Part shown: one piece after another, positions 41,845 to 55,959 of the stretch | Position numbering within the stretch: the first letter of the stretch is position 1 | How the letters are laid out: every line of letters starts with the position of its first letter | DNA from: Lama glama | Taxonomy: Eukaryota | Assembly: GCA_028534125.1 (NCBI GenBank) | Contig: CM052817.1 | Location: forward strand, 2,544,001 to 2,608,000 | DNA length: 64,000 nt | Direction of reading: 5' to 3' | Made by a program: the position numbers and the translations under genes | Notes under the pieces: model-generated | Told to the model about the DNA's origin: nothing | Database searches by the model: none | Seen by the model: the letters and a program-made list of their open reading frames with translations, nothing else

Positions 41845-42885
41845 AGGGGCCAAGTGGTCACTATTTTCGTATGACATGGTTGTTCTCTGCAGAAACCCAA
41901 ATTAATCTATAGATAAGTTATCAGAGTTAATAAGAGATTGACAAGGTTTCTAAATACTCAATCAGTCTATTTTTAAATACATAATTTTAAGCAGCAGTTA
42001 GAAAATCTAATTTTAAAATAACAGTGATTATAGAACACCTAGCAATAAATCCAAAAAAGGACAGAAAGCTCTCCGGGGAGAAAGTTACTCAGCATCACTG
42101 ACCATATTTGAGGAGACCTGGTAAATGGAGGAATATGCCATATTCAGGGAGACAAAGCCTCGCGGATTAAAGGGCATCAGTTCTCCCTGGATCAACCTGT
42201 AGACTCAGCACAGTTCCAACCACATTTCTCTGTGTGCGTGTCTTAATAAATCAGCTGATCCTAAATGTTTATGGAAAGCAAACAGCCAAGAAGAGCCAAG
42301 ACATTCCACAATAACGCAGGGACGGGGGCTCGCCCACTAGAAACCAGAACGTTTCATGAAGCTACATTTACTCAAATCCTGTTCCCAGCCATTCCACGCC
42401 TAGGGATACACCCAGAGGACTGCAGGCATGTTCATGTACAAAGTACGGGGGTGACTGTTCACAGCAACATTGCTTGTAATAGCCAGGAAGTGCTCGTCAA
42501 CAGATGAGTGGATGAACAGCGGGTGAAGGGTGTGGTTTAGCCACACAGTGGAATAGTATTTGGCCATCGAGAGGGACAAAATTCTGAGACACGCTGCAAA
42601 GTGGATGAGTCGTGAAAACACGATGCCAAGTCAAAGAAGCCAGTCACAAAGGCCAGGGATTGCACGACTCGTGTATACGACATGCGCCGAACAGGCAAAT
42701 TCATAGACGCAGGAGGTAGTCTGGGGCGGCCCAGGGCTGGGGCAGGGGCTGGGGTGTGTGGTTTCTTGGGGGGTGATTAAAGTGTCCTAAAACTGCCTGT
42801 GGTGATGGCTGGATTACTCTGTGAATAAACTAAAAATCATTGAATTGCTCACATTTTTAAATGGGTGAATTTTATAACACGTGGG
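41845..42885 (+). mobile_element. Old L1 ORF2 remnants followed by an L1MB-like 3' end
   Basis: tcactattttcgtatgacatggttg (FADDM relic), tcctaaatgtttatggaaagcaaa, cacagtggaatagtatttggccat, aagaagccagtcacaaaggcc, aaatcattgaattgctcacatttttaaatgggtgaattttata. Confidence 0.82.
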
Positions 42886-45231
42886 TTCTATCTGCTTACT
42901 TTGGGAAAAGGCTCTATGTGGTGCGGAGCTAGGAAAATGGGCCCGAACAGGCTCACAAGGGCAGGGCCATGCTGGCTTGTTCACAGGCCCAGGCGGAGCA
43001 CAGCGTCGGCGGCACGCAGCCATGCAATAAACGATTGCTGACTGACTGTGCGTCTTTGTGTATGTGAGCGAACGAATGAGCAAGGCCGGAGTGGTCCAGG
43101 GTCTGCCCCGCCCATCTAGCCAGTGGGTAAGTGGAGAAGCTGGGGTTTGAGTTCTGGCCTCCCTGGCCCACCCGTCCTGACCCACTGGAGGAGAGAGGAC
43201 AGTGTGGGACCTGGGGGAGGTCAGGGAGAGGTAGGAAGGCTGCCCGCACGCCGGCTGGTCTGGGGAAGATGGTTCTGGCCAGGATGTGCGAACCAGTGCT
43301 TGGGAGGGACCCCGGGCAGTGAGGCTGGAGAGAGAGCGTTCATGTCACGACAGCCCCAGCAATGCCTGAGGCAGGGCGAGACTTCAGATCCTGGGGCCAG
43401 GGAGACACTGGGGTTTGGACGCGTTAATGCCAACCTCGGCGGCCCCGTGGGATGACCCACGGGAACACGCGGCTGAACCACATTTCCCGAGATGGCATGT
43501 GGGGCTAATCGGTGACCTCCCACCTGTGCTGTGAGAGGCAAGGCTGGGGTTCTGGGGTTTACTGAGCACCCCCATTCTGCACGCCCCCCCTCCAGACACC
43601 AGAACATACACCTTCAGGTCTCAGGTGGCCTCAGGAGCAGGATTCTGACTCCCAGTCTCTGCTAAGTTGCTCCACCAGGTAGGCAGTAAGAGTCTTGAGA
43701 TCCTTTTCACTGTAAACTGCTGTAATAAAACCGTTCTTTGCTCACCCCCCAACCCCCCAGGGGCCCTCTGGCCAGGTCTCCTGATTTAGAAAACCTCAGG
43801 TTAAAAAAAATCTATGACGCTCTCTGGTTTCCCCTGCAGCGGGCGGGAGGGAGTGGTGCTCAGGAAGGCCCGTGGACGCGGTCAGGTGATTTAGGTCCGT
43901 GAAGCATCCATCCTCCCGAGAGAGGCAGTGGGAGCCCTTCCCACACAGCCTGAAAGCCAGCTGTTTTCGGCCAGTGCCAGGAGAGGCGCAGGGAGGCCCT
44001 GCGGCGCGGTGGGCGGCGAGGTCCCTCTGGGGCAGACAGCCCGCTGCTGTGGCTGACCCTCGGGGGGCCCTGGGCGGATCCTGGGGCTCACTGGGCCTGG
44101 GTTCCCTCATCCTGGGCTCATCCAGCCCCCGCTCCTGCCCAGGGACCCCCCGCCGCCAGGCTGCATCCGGAGTGTGAGCGGGGCCCCTGCCGGTGAGCGT
44201 GCGACTCCAGCGTGAATGCACAGGGCTTTTGCCTGGGCAGTCTCGCCTGCCGCAGCCGCCGTGGCTTCCGTGTGCGCGCGGAGTGGGTGCCATGCGGGGC
44301 TGAGGAGGCATTTGTCTCTGACTCTGAAGCATCTCCACTTTGAAGCCTGGATTGGGGCAGAATCATGTCAGGGCAGCACATATAGAGCCCACCCTCCCCC
44401 CACGGACACCCCGGGCGGCAGAGCCCGCCCTGCCCCACGTGGACGTCCGGGGCGGCCATCCCAGCCTCTGCAGGTGGGACTTGTCACATTAGAAGCACCC
44501 TCGGCAAAGCCCACAGGATCCCGGGAACCCTCCAGACCCAACCTGTGTAGAGCTTGGAACAAGGTCTGGGTCTGCATCACGCCAGCAAAGGGCCAGGGGC
44601 CCTGCGCCCTGTGGGTCTGCATCAGCCTCTGCCCGCTGGCCCTCCCACCTGCCACCTCCCTCTGGTCCTGTCCCTCAAACTCCCCCCGTCAAACCTTCCC
44701 CTGACCCCGCAGAGCGCCGCTGCATTTCCCTCACGGTGCTCCATGGAGGACTCTGGTCTGCGCCGACCATCGGCTCATTGATGAATCTTCCCCAAGTCCC
44801 CATAAATCTCTCCCCTGTAAACGTTCATCACCAAGAGCAGGCCCGCTCAGGGAGCCTCCGCCTGGAGGGGCACGTGCTTTTGATCCATCACTTCAGCCTG
44901 GGTCCGTTCAACACTCACACCGTTCATTGAGCAGCAGGCCTGTCCCAGGGAGGCTGGAAGACGCGAGAACCAGCTTTCTCGCCCTTCTTCTCCTGGGCAT
45001 GGATGTGAATGCAGAGGCTGCCACTCGTTTACAAAGCCGGCCACAGCACCACGAAACACGATCCGCACGAGGTGTGCTCGTCGCGGAAACAGCCGCAATC
45101 CCACACAGAAAGCCTGGCCGAGGAGGTGATATTTGAGTGGGGCTTTGGGAGATGTGTAAGAGTTCATCAGAGGCAGCCTGTCCTAGGAACAAGAAACCAC
45201 ACGAGGAATGGCGGGAAAACACGTAGTGTCT

Positions 45232-45670
45232 TGTGCTAATTCCCTCTGGCTGCTGTAACAAACTACCACAAACTTAGTGGCTTAAAACAACACAGACTGC
45301 TTGCTGCAGTTCTGGAGGTTAGACGTCTGAAATGGGTCTTACAGGCCTAAATCCAAAGCGTCAGCAGGGCAGGCTCCCCCAGAGGCTCTGGGGAAGGAAC
45401 GTTCCTCGTCTCTTCCAGCGTCTGGAGGCGGCTGGCACTCCTTGGCTCCTGGCTGCACCCCTCCGACCTCTGCTTCCATCGTCAGATGTCCCCCATGTGC
45501 AGGCAAGTCTCCCTCTGCCTCCCCCTTATAAGGACCCTGGTGGTTACACTGAGGGTCACCTGGACAATCTAGAATCATCTCCAGATCTCAAGGTCCTCAG
45601 CCACATCTCAAAGTCCCGTTTTCCAAACAAGGTGCCAGGTTTCAGGCAGCAGGACAGTGACCATCCACCC
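45232..45670 (-). mobile_element. MLT1C/D-like solo LTR
   Basis: ggctgctgtaacaaactaccacaaacttagtggcttaaaacaacac...gttctggagg...ttataaggaccctggtggttacactgaggg...atctcaaggtcc. Confidence 0.88.
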
Positions 45671-48600
45671 TGACACCAGCCAAGAGGCAAGGTGGGGAGA
45701 GAAGGCTGGCCAGGGGCTGGGCTCGGTCACCAGGGCTCCCTGAGGCCCGGGGCTCACACACCGCAGAGTCACAGTGGCCTCCTCCTCTCCAGGTTGGGGC
45801 GTCCTGCTTGCCCGAGGCCCCAGAAGGCACAGCACCCCGGGAACCTCACCTTCTGTCCCGTCTGGAGGCTGGTCAGGGCTGGGGATTCCTTGCCATACCT
45901 GGCCGGTTGGCCCCAGACAAGCATGAAGGCGAGGGCCTTTACCAAGTCACATTCCAGACGCAAGGGACTCTCCCCTCTCACTCCCAAGGGCTCCAACCTG
46001 CAAGAGGGGTCTCGCCCTGTAAAAGGGGGACTGTCCTTCAGAGGGGCATCATCCTACAAGGGGGACCATCCTGCAAGGGTCTCCTGCTCTCCCCAAGCCC
46101 AAGAGCTGGTGCTGAGAGTGAGGCGCCCCATCACACCACCACGCTGCTGTCAGATCAACACTTCCCTCTGTCGCTCGCCCCTAGACGGCTCTGCCTCTGT
46201 GATTGTGTGTTGTTCACAATCAAGGTGACGAGAAGGATATTCATCCAAATCACAAGAGGAGCAAATGTCCATTGATGCCCGTTCTGCACCCGCTGCAGGC
46301 TTACATCTTCCACCTTATTAATACTCTCAGTACCGGTGAGGAGAGGAGGCACAGAGAGGTCAAGCCACTTTCCTAAGGTCACACAGAGCTCGTAAGAGGG
46401 CCAGCTGAGAGCCAGCCTCAGTCCTGGCCTTAGACCCACAGGCCCCCAGAGAAAATATGGCCCAGGGGACACTGGAGGTGCTACCCATCCAATCGACAGG
46501 GAGAATTGGGTAGCAGACCTAAGAAGCCACGTGAGGGGGTGGGATCCGACCGCCCCTCCACGGCAGAGCCCACCCAGAGCCTCTGCCCTGGCCACCCAGG
46601 GACCTGACTCCCGCCCTGATTTTCTTTTTCCAGCAGCAAGGATGAGCGAGCACCCAGGCGGGGCTGCTAGCACCGTCCCAGGTCACAGCAGCTCCAGGGG
46701 GCTCATTTTTCAAGTCCAGAAGTTTGGGGACCACTTGTTAAATTACTGAAATGACCATGGTGAGAGTGTCTACACCGTGAGAATCTGCCAAGACTACGAA
46801 TCGGGGCTTCTTTGTTTCACTTCTGGAGACCCGGTTGTCAGACATCACCCGCACACCAGGGCACACACGTGGGCCGGCAGACAGGGCTCCACAGCCAGGG
46901 GCCCTTCGGTGGGCATGGCACACTTAGAATCACTCATCCTCACATCACCTTTTCCAATGCGTACCTGCAATCACCCAGTCCACTTTACAGGAGAAGAAGC
47001 TGAGGTACAGAGGGGCTAAGCGACCATGTAGCCATCAGACATGGCAGCACCCAGAGCTGCACCTGGCAGTCCATCTGGAGAAGGCGTGCTCTCAGTCATT
47101 GCCTGGTGGCTCCTCAAGGCGGCCTGGGAACCCCTAAGATGGAGGAGACCACAGCTGCTCACCCCAAGGCTTCTGTCCCATGTCCTGGCCGAGGCCTGCC
47201 TGAGCAGGGGCTCGGCTAACCTTGCTTGAGGTCTGAAGGCTGAGGCTCAGGGAGGATGGGGGTGAGGTGTGCCTCTGAGCAGAGACTGAGTCAGTGGGAA
47301 GATTCTGGAGGGCTGGTCCGTCGGCCCAACTCCCCGACTCCACGATGCCAGGGCTGTGGAGAGCACTGCGGGGTCAAAGCCCAGATCTTGCCTCTTCCCC
47401 GCCCTGTGACCTGCCGAAAGTGAATGCACCTCCCCGACTTGGTGTCCCCGTCTATGAGACTGATACTGTCGCCCAAAGGTTAGCGGGGTCCGGGGCGCTG
47501 AGCGCCTGGCTCCCAGGAAAGGCTGCGCTGCTGCTGGCAGGGGCAGAGTCTCAGGCACGGCTCCAGGCGCAGCCGGTGCTCCGGGGTCTGCTGCCCCCTG
47601 GGCCGTGGGGAGCCTCGGGTCCATGCCCTCTGCTTAGCGGCCCCATCCATGGGGCTCCCCACAGCCCAGCATCCAACCTGCCGGGGGCCCTGGAAAGAAT
47701 TAGGTGCCTCCATCTTCTCGGGGAGCCTGGGTTTCATTTAAGTCTCCTTCCGCCGAGAGCTGCCCTGTCAGGTTTTAATCCTGTGGATCTGGGTGTGCAG
47801 AGGAAGCCTGCTTCCTATTTTGGCAGCACTGGAGCAAGCTGGAGGCTGAGGAGCGTTCTGGTCAGTGGTCAGGAGGCATCCGCGCTCGGCCGCTCACGGC
47901 CCAGTGGGCAGATGGCTTTGATGTGTGCTAGGCAGGACGGCAGACAGAGCATCAGGGTGGGGGAAACTGCAAGTCAGGATTCCTGGCCTCGGAACGTCCC
48001 CCTCCCCAGGCCTGGCCCCTTTCCTCCCGCTTCCAAGCCTGACAGCACCTGGCTTAGGTCTCAGCGTGTCCCCAGTGCCCAGCTCCCAGCTCCGGGCTCC
48101 GTCTGTCCCCTCCTTTCCTCTCTTCACAACCTGAGAGTTGGCCAGAGGAGCGAGGGCTGGGATGGCCTAGCTGGGGAGCGCCCACCAGCAGCATTCAAAC
48201 CCTAAGGCTCACGCCACCAGCCTCCTCTAGTGCGGGGAGGGTTGGAGGTGCGGTGATCGTGAGTGAGAATCACGTCATAACTGTGTCACCGAGGCTGTCA
48301 CCAGTGTGTCCATGCACCCCACTGTTGGGTGCAGTGACCCACCCAGTGTCGAACTCCTGGGCCTCCCTAGGTGGTGTGCAAAAAGGGCTCCTGAGGTCAA
48401 ATACGTTGGGGCACCACCGGGTTAGAGTGAGATGCTTCCCCTATGCAGGGCTCCTCAGAACCTTTCCCATGATGATGCCCACTGGGAATCTCCACGATAA
48501 CCCCCCAGATGTACTGGGCCAAGGGGCCTCTTTGTTCCGGGGGACTCCCCAAGTTCTGCTCCTCCACAGCGAATGCCTGGGGAATGAAGGGAAGGCCCAG

Positions 48601-51600
48601 ACCGCAGGCTGACTGAGCCAGGGCCGTCACTCTGGGAGACGCTGCCCCTTCCTCTGCCCCGCCGTCCCCGCCTGGGCTCCAGCAGACACAGCCTGCATTC
48701 ATTTCACACATCAGCAGCTTCTCCAAAAGTGCCCGTCTCCACTCACCCCCAGGGAGCCCTGATTGCGCCTGTAAGACCCACCCCGCGCCTCTTCCTCCGG
48801 GAAGCCCTCCTTGAACACCCCGCCCCGCCCCACGGCCCACAGGCCCGCCCCCTCTTTTGCAGTGACTGCGCCCTACACAGACATCTGTCACACAGCACCT
48901 TTCACCCTTCCCTGCCTGGTGACCGCTGTCCTCCCAGCTTAATGGTCACTGCTTCCTCACCCGCCAGCCTGACGTCTGGAACCGCAGTGCACGCTAGGTG
49001 AGTGGGCAGACAGCGGACACACCCGGGGGCGTAGAGGCAGGCAGAGGGCACACGGCGTCGTCCCCTCCCAAGGTGACGGGGAGTGGCCACAGCCAGGCAC
49101 CCTCTAGCTCACAGGGTTTTATTCAGCACGAGAGCTGGGTGTACGTTTCCTTGTGAAACCACTGGAAAGAATTTATGATTTAAGACGCTTCCTTGGTTTT
49201 GTCCGTTTCTGCTCTGAGTCCACATCTCTCAGTGAGCGCGAAAACTGGTGCCAACTCCCATCTCCGAGGTGTTTGTAGAATGATTTGAGCAGTGACTCCA
49301 TGAAGATTGTTATAAACAGCTGTGATTCTGTCAGTTCTCCCTGAGGCTAAAATGGAAAGATGAGAAATCTGATTAAGTGACATTTTTATACAAATTGAGG
49401 GTTAAAAGGAGAGATCTGGGAATTCCGGTGGGCCTGTGTCCCTTCCCCACACCCGCCTGTGTTCATGGGCAAGCAAGCAGGACCCCAAGACTATAAAAGC
49501 GGCTAGACACCCCCAGCCCAGTCCCGCCGGACCACAGCCGAGGCCTGAGGCCCTGCCTCCACGGGGGAAACGGCTTTCTCAAAGGGGGCGTGGCTACAGC
49601 CCAAGGGTTGTCATAGGGGATCAGCATTCTCCAAAATGCCCTGCAAAGTAGTGAGCTCCCTGTCATCGTGGGGATGGGGGCCTCCAGACTCCTCCTGCCC
49701 CACAGCCTCAGCCGTCCCCCACCCCAGGGAAAGGCTGGAGCCGGAGCCGGCGGGGCGAGGACCACAGAGCCGCGGGGCCCCGGGGTTCGGGCTGGACGGG
49801 AACTGACACTGATGTGCTCGGGCAGCCGAGAGCAGCTGCAGACAACTTTCTCAGCCTTTCCGAGTAATGAGTCCAGTCTGACCACTCTGCCTCCCCGCGC
49901 AGCCAGGGAGCCAGGCCGCAGGGAGAGGCCAGCAGGCAGCCGTGGTCAGCCTGTCCGGCTGCACACATGTGACCTCAGTCCTCCCTAAACCTTTCTCACA
50001 CCTAGAGAGCAGACCTCTGACCTGGGCCCGGAGAACCCGATCAGGGCCTCTGGGGTCTGTTTATCTTACGTATTAATTCTGGCAACGTGGGCTCAGCCCG
50101 GAGACCGCCTGACCCCTGATTCCGGGGGGACGGCAGCCTCTGCATTCTCAGCGTCACTCACCGGGAGCCTCGCCGGCCAAGCTGAACAGCTCGTAACCAG
50201 CGGTATCGTCCCTTCCTTCTGCTGCACATCATGCGTCCGTGGGACTCCCGCTCTGGGCCGAGCTATGCTGGCAGCTTGTGTGAGAGATTCTGTACTTAGA
50301 GGCTGTGGACTGAAGGCTCCAAGGCCCGTCTGCTCCGTCTCTCACATTCTATTTTTAAACTGAGCTGGATCAGCGCTGAGTGTTTGAACCCAAGTCAGGT
50401 CTGAGCCACCACCCCTCCCTCCCGAGCTGCCTGCCCCAGATAGACTACTCTGAACCCTGAGAGTCAGATGCAGTCAGACCAGAGAGGATGGAAGTGCAAA
50501 AGAAGTCTACCTTGGGAGCCTCTCCCCTGAGTCGTGGGGCTGGGACCTCGTGCCCTGGATGGAAGGACTGGGGAGGGCAGAGCAGCACTCAGTCCTCACA
50601 CCTGCGTGGTGCTGGGAGCAGGTCACACGCCACCTGTAAATGAGACTGCCAAGTAGGGTGGTTGTTCGGGTTAGAACAGCGGATGTGATCTGAACAACAT
50701 GTGGGTCATGGAGCCCCTCCCATCCACAGACCACGGACAAACGGCTATATCCCCAACACCGGGCACATAGTAGGTGGTCAATAAACACATGCCAGACGCA
50801 GTAATTAATCACCCACTTTGTCTTTTGCCAGTTTCTCTCAGGCCCTGATATGACGACACCTTGTCTGGATAACTGACATTTAAATCTTGTGGATGCTGTA
50901 AACTCTGCCACGATCCTGTCCCCATCTTTGGTTTGAAGTCCAGGCTCCAACTTCCCACGCACGTTGCGTGCATCCGGGGCGCTTCTGGCTGGCGTCTCGT
51001 GTGCTGTCCTTACCTCTGACTTCACCTTATTCTTCTGTTCACATCTTCCCTTTGCCAGATCCCTTCGTTTATCAATTCTATCTTGCTTTAAGATAGTGTT
51101 TCTAGAAACTATCTCAGCTGTTTTGGGCCATGAGGTAAGATACTTTTTAAAACATCCCACAAATAAGTTCTCACTGGGCAACTAGGTCTCAGTTATAAAC
51201 CTGCATACAGGAGAAGCAACGGCATCAACGTGCAGCACAAGTTTAGCCTCAGCTCCACGCGTGAGAATGTTCTTCAGGGTCCAGCACATTAATAGCAACC
51301 AGCAGTTGCCAGTTTTTGAGGACCTACTACGTGCCAGACCCTTAGTGATTTCATTTGAGTGGATATGATGCCAATTTGGTGGCTGAAGAAGCTGAGATTC
51401 AGAGAACTAAGGCCCCTTCTCCAGGTTACCTCGAAGGGCGCCGGAGGGGTTGGGCTTCGAACCTCGTCTTGCCCAAGCCTGAATTCTTCTCCTGTGCCGT
51501 CAACACTTCCGAGAAGTTCCGAAGCCAGCGTGAGCCTCCAGCCTTGCAGGACACAGGCTGGCCCACGTCCAGCTCCCAGCCGCCCTCCCGCCTGGCTCCG

Positions 51601-54600
51601 ACGTCACGTGCGGGACAACGGAGCCCGCAGAAGGGGGGGCCTCCCCGTCCCCCTGCGGGCCTCCGGCTCCGGGTCCCTGGCTCCGGGTCCCCGACTCAGA
51701 AGCAGTCTGTCTTTTCCCACGTGAACTCTGAGCTAAATTAACCAGTCATTCCTCCTGATGTGAACTAGAGCCAGCGTTTACCACAGAAAAGGTGAAAACC
51801 ACGGGAAGCGGAGAGGCACCAAGCGAGCGCCAGGGCTCCGGGCGATCCGGAGAGAGCAGCCGGGCTGGGTCGCCCTGGGGCTCTGGCATCGGTCTGCGCT
51901 GTCGTGAGGAAGGGGCACTTCCCATGGTGCTAAGTTCCTTTCTACGTGTTCCTTCCGGAGCCAGGGGACCGCGCCTGATGGGCGGGCGCAGCGGCCGGTG
52001 CGGAGCTGAGGCTGGCTCAGACCCGGGAAGGAGCCCGGCCGCTGCGCATTGCCCTTGTCCTCTCTCATTGGACGTGGTGCCCTGGGGTTCCTGAATCACG
52101 TCTGCTCTTTGTGAACAGCGCCTCCCCACGCCCCACCGCCCTAGCGGCGTCCTCACAGTTCCTGTAACACCTGCGTAACGGTGGCTGTTTGCCAGGAGTC
52201 CACGCCCAGGCGAGGCCAGCAGGTGCGCCGGCTCCCGCGGCCCCGGCTCCCGCGTGCGGGCCTGCGTGCGGGCCTGCATGCGCCTGTGCTCAGCCAGGGC
52301 TTGAGGCCTGCGATGCAGCCGCCTGGGACAGAGCCGCCTCCGCCAGGTGCGGGTCCCCTGGCGCACATCACCTGCTGAATGCAGAGGGCTCGCCTGGTGC
52401 CTGTGCCCCCGCCCGCCCGCCGGCTGTGCCCGAGCCCGCCCTTCCTCCAACCGGCAAACCTTGTTCTCTAACCAAACAGCCGCCCGCCAGTGACAGCCCA
52501 GGTCCACGTACAAATCAATTTGTCTCCACTGAGGGGAGAGAATTGCAAAGCAAACCAATTATGTGCATCCCACTGGGCTCGGGGCACGCGGGCCGGGGCG
52601 TCGGAGGGGTTGCTTTCCCCACTTCTCTCACGCAACCAGCACCCGCAGGAGAGACGGGGGGCTCTCCACCCCTGGGGAGCAAGTGCCCGATTCCTTTTCC
52701 CTCCAACGGTCCCGTCAGCAGAAGTGAATAGAGGACCGGCCCTCACTTGGGAAGGGTCTGTACAGTTTCCTGGGGTAGCGGTAGCCATAACAGAGCATTG
52801 CCAACTGGACACCTTAAAAACCACCCACAGCGACGGCCCCAGGAGGCTGCCAGTGCCCTGGCAGAGCGGGGCGGAGAAGGTCTCCCCAGCAGGGTAAGGG
52901 GGGGTCCTGACCCAGTGGTCCCAGCCCCGGAAGCAGTGCTCCCTCCGGGAATCGGGACAGGAGCAGGCTGGCTGTTCGCACGTCGGCGTCTCGGAGGAGG
53001 CACGAGGTGGCTGGGAAGAAGCTGACCTGGAGGCTCAGGGAGGCCAGCTCCGGGAGAGAAGGGGGTTCAGCAGCAGCGACACTTAAGATCAGGCAGGACC
53101 AGACCCACCCCCTCCACTCGGCTGAGAAGAGTTCGGGGACTGGGTGAGAAGCTGCAGCACAGCCCAGACGCCAGACCCAGAGCCGACAGGGCTGGAGAGG
53201 CCGCTCAGACATGCCCCGAGCAACCCCGCACTCCGCAGTCAGCCAGGGAGGCACGACCTGTGTTTGTAGCAAGCAGCCTTGAGGGATGGGGCGACCTCTG
53301 TCCCCCAGGGGTGTTCCTGATGCTCTGGGTATAGTGTCATCCCAAGAACCTGGGGGAAAGGACTGACCACCACGTAATGCTCAGCGCTTGGTAGCACCTC
53401 GTCTCCCACCCGGGAGCCCTGTGGCCTCTGCCAGCGCTCGCACAACGCTCGCAGCTTGTAACAAGGCAAGACACTGAGCTGAGAGCGAGGAAGTGCAATG
53501 GGAAGCAGGAAGATTAAGGAAGTCTCTTTCTGCTGAAGCCACGCTTCCTGGTCCGCGGCTGGAATGGGGCAGAGAAGGCGGGGTGGGCGGAACTGGCACC
53601 ACATGCACAAATGACTTAAGACAACAGGGGCAGCTTTTATTTTTTCCTCTTCTTCCTCCTCCTTGTCCTCGTCTTGCTCACGTTACTTAAAGAGGTGTTG
53701 GCTGCATCAATCAGGAAGGAGACAGCAGTTCTGACTGGTGATGGTGAAGGCCGAACGGAGGAGGTAGAATTTGCACTGGGGTCAGGGTTTCAAAGGACGC
53801 CCCCCTTTTCTATTGAATATTCTTCAAGAGTCCTGAGTGGGTAGCAAAAGTGGCCAGCCTCAGACATCTCCTGAGTTCCTGGCACCTCATCTACCATCAT
53901 CTTCCTCCTCGAATCCTGTGCCCAGGAAACAGCGCAGCGTGGAAAGCGCCAGCCCAGGGGCTTGAGCACCTGCCTCCCCATGTCCGTCCTCCACGCCCAA
54001 GGCCCATCCTTCAGTTCATCACAGCCAACCAGGGGCCGAGTGGGAACACAGTTCTCAGCGATGTGCTCCGCTCACTGGATGCAGGGTGGGTGCGGAGAGA
54101 GGGTGGCCCGGGCTGGTGCTGGTCCCTGAGCCCTGGAGGCCACCAGTGCCCTGGGTCTGCAGGAAGTCATCTGGGCACCGCTGCCATCTTGGTTTAAGAC
54201 ATCATGGTTTTGTTTCAGCTGACAGAGATGCAGACTGGCTTGAACAGACTCCAATTCTCTTTATTGAATTGGGTGATATTGGATTTATGAAGCTCAACTT
54301 TCTGGTGACAAAAAAATTATCTGCATGGCCGCACAAAGACGAATGAAGCTCAGAGCCACCTCAGAAGGCCGTGTCGGCCGCTAATCCAGCCCCTGGGCTG
54401 CTACCGGGCCGGGGGATGGCGTCATCTGCAGGGCTGGGACACAAAGTGCCCTTTTGGATTTTTCTTAAGCTCACATTAGAAAATTGTGTATAAATTGAAT
54501 CTCAGCTAAAAGGTAAAGATACTTCACAGCCAAAGGGCAAGGCCACCACACTGGCATCGGCTGCGTTTATGTCCAATCAGACACAGACTCAGAGGGAAAA

Positions 54601-55959
54601 CAGGGTCTCCAGACTAATCAGTTACATTTGAGTGATTGATCGTATATTATTATCGACGAAAGCCCGTAATACGTGAGTTAGAGGAAAGTAGGTTCTCAAA
54701 AGATTAGATTTGGATACGAAAATGGAAGGGAAAAAATGACCCTCGTAAAATCATCAGAGAGTGGTTTATGGTTTAATGCACAGAGCAGCCTGGCGACTGG
54801 TCCCAAATTGCTTCTCTCCTCTCCCTGTGGACCGTCCACCTGGGATGGAGGGAACTGGACATGGAGCCGAGAGGAGAGTGGTGAGTCCACGGCGCGTTGT
54901 CACATGGAGGCGAGGTGCCCTCAGAGGGCAGCAGCAGTGGGCAGGGTCAGGAAGAGAGGGGTCCCGTGCAAGGAAGTGCCTTCTCACAATGGCGGATCTA
55001 GACAGTGACGGCTTCCCTGCAGGGGTAACCTTCCCGCCCCGAGGCCTTTAAGCACAGGTTGTGAGACTGGCTGTCAGAGCTGCTGGAGAGGAGGTGCTGC
55101 TTGAGCGCAAGCGTCTCCAGAAGACCTTGAAGTCCTTCAAAGTCAAGAGGTCAGGGCTCTGGAGAACGCCACAAGCCAGGGCTGCTGGCAGGCTGGAAGG
55201 GACCACGGACGGCGGCGAAGCCCCCGCTTGGCCCCGAGTCTTGTTCAGATCCCCACCGTTCCCGGGGGTGACTCCCCGCCCCTCCCCCTCCCACCCCCTC
55301 ACTGTCACCTACAGCATCTCCTCCTGCTTCACAAGGAGAGTGGAAGCCTTGCACCTCCCATGCCTGAGGCCACCCACAGCCCCAACCGGGGCCAAGACCC
55401 CCGCCGCCCCCTACTCCTACCCCTGGGCTCTCTCCTGCCCCGATCCTCCCAGTCCCTAAAGCAACAACCAACAGACAAGGAGGGCTCGGGGACGCCTGCT
55501 CTGGAATTATGCCACGTCTCCATCCTCGGGGGGTTCCAGCTCCCACCTTCCTCACAGGCAGGCCAGGGAAGCGTGGCCAGCACCCCCAGCACCCTCAGCC
55601 CCCCGCCCTGCCCCGCCCCTTGCCAGGCTCGCCCAGCTTTCCTCCTCCTTCTCAGCCATTCATTCCTTGTTCGATCAGCGTCAGCGCCAGTCTGTCACAG
55701 GAGCTGGGACACGCAACAAGCCAGACCCACACGCCCCCTGCCCCATGGAGCTCGTGGTCCACAGGGACAGCAGACCATGGAGGGAGGTGTGCGTGACGAG
55801 AACCCCAGGACCGAGGACGGGCGTGCCGCAGGCCCACTCCGCCAGGCCGCACATCCCCTCAGTCCTCGGCGGCCCATCAGTGAGCACTGACACCTGGATG
55901 TCACTCAGCATCACTCCTGTCATCTCTGGGTGCTCCTTCCAATAAGCCTCCTCTCTGCC

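Noticed and set aside
47294..48205. 303-aa ORF, and similar 200-280 aa ORFs at 5282, 34217 and 51746
   Set aside because: Pro/Gly/Ala/Arg-rich low-information translations expected from GC-rich, stop-poor DNA. No family motifs, and several lack an ATG start.
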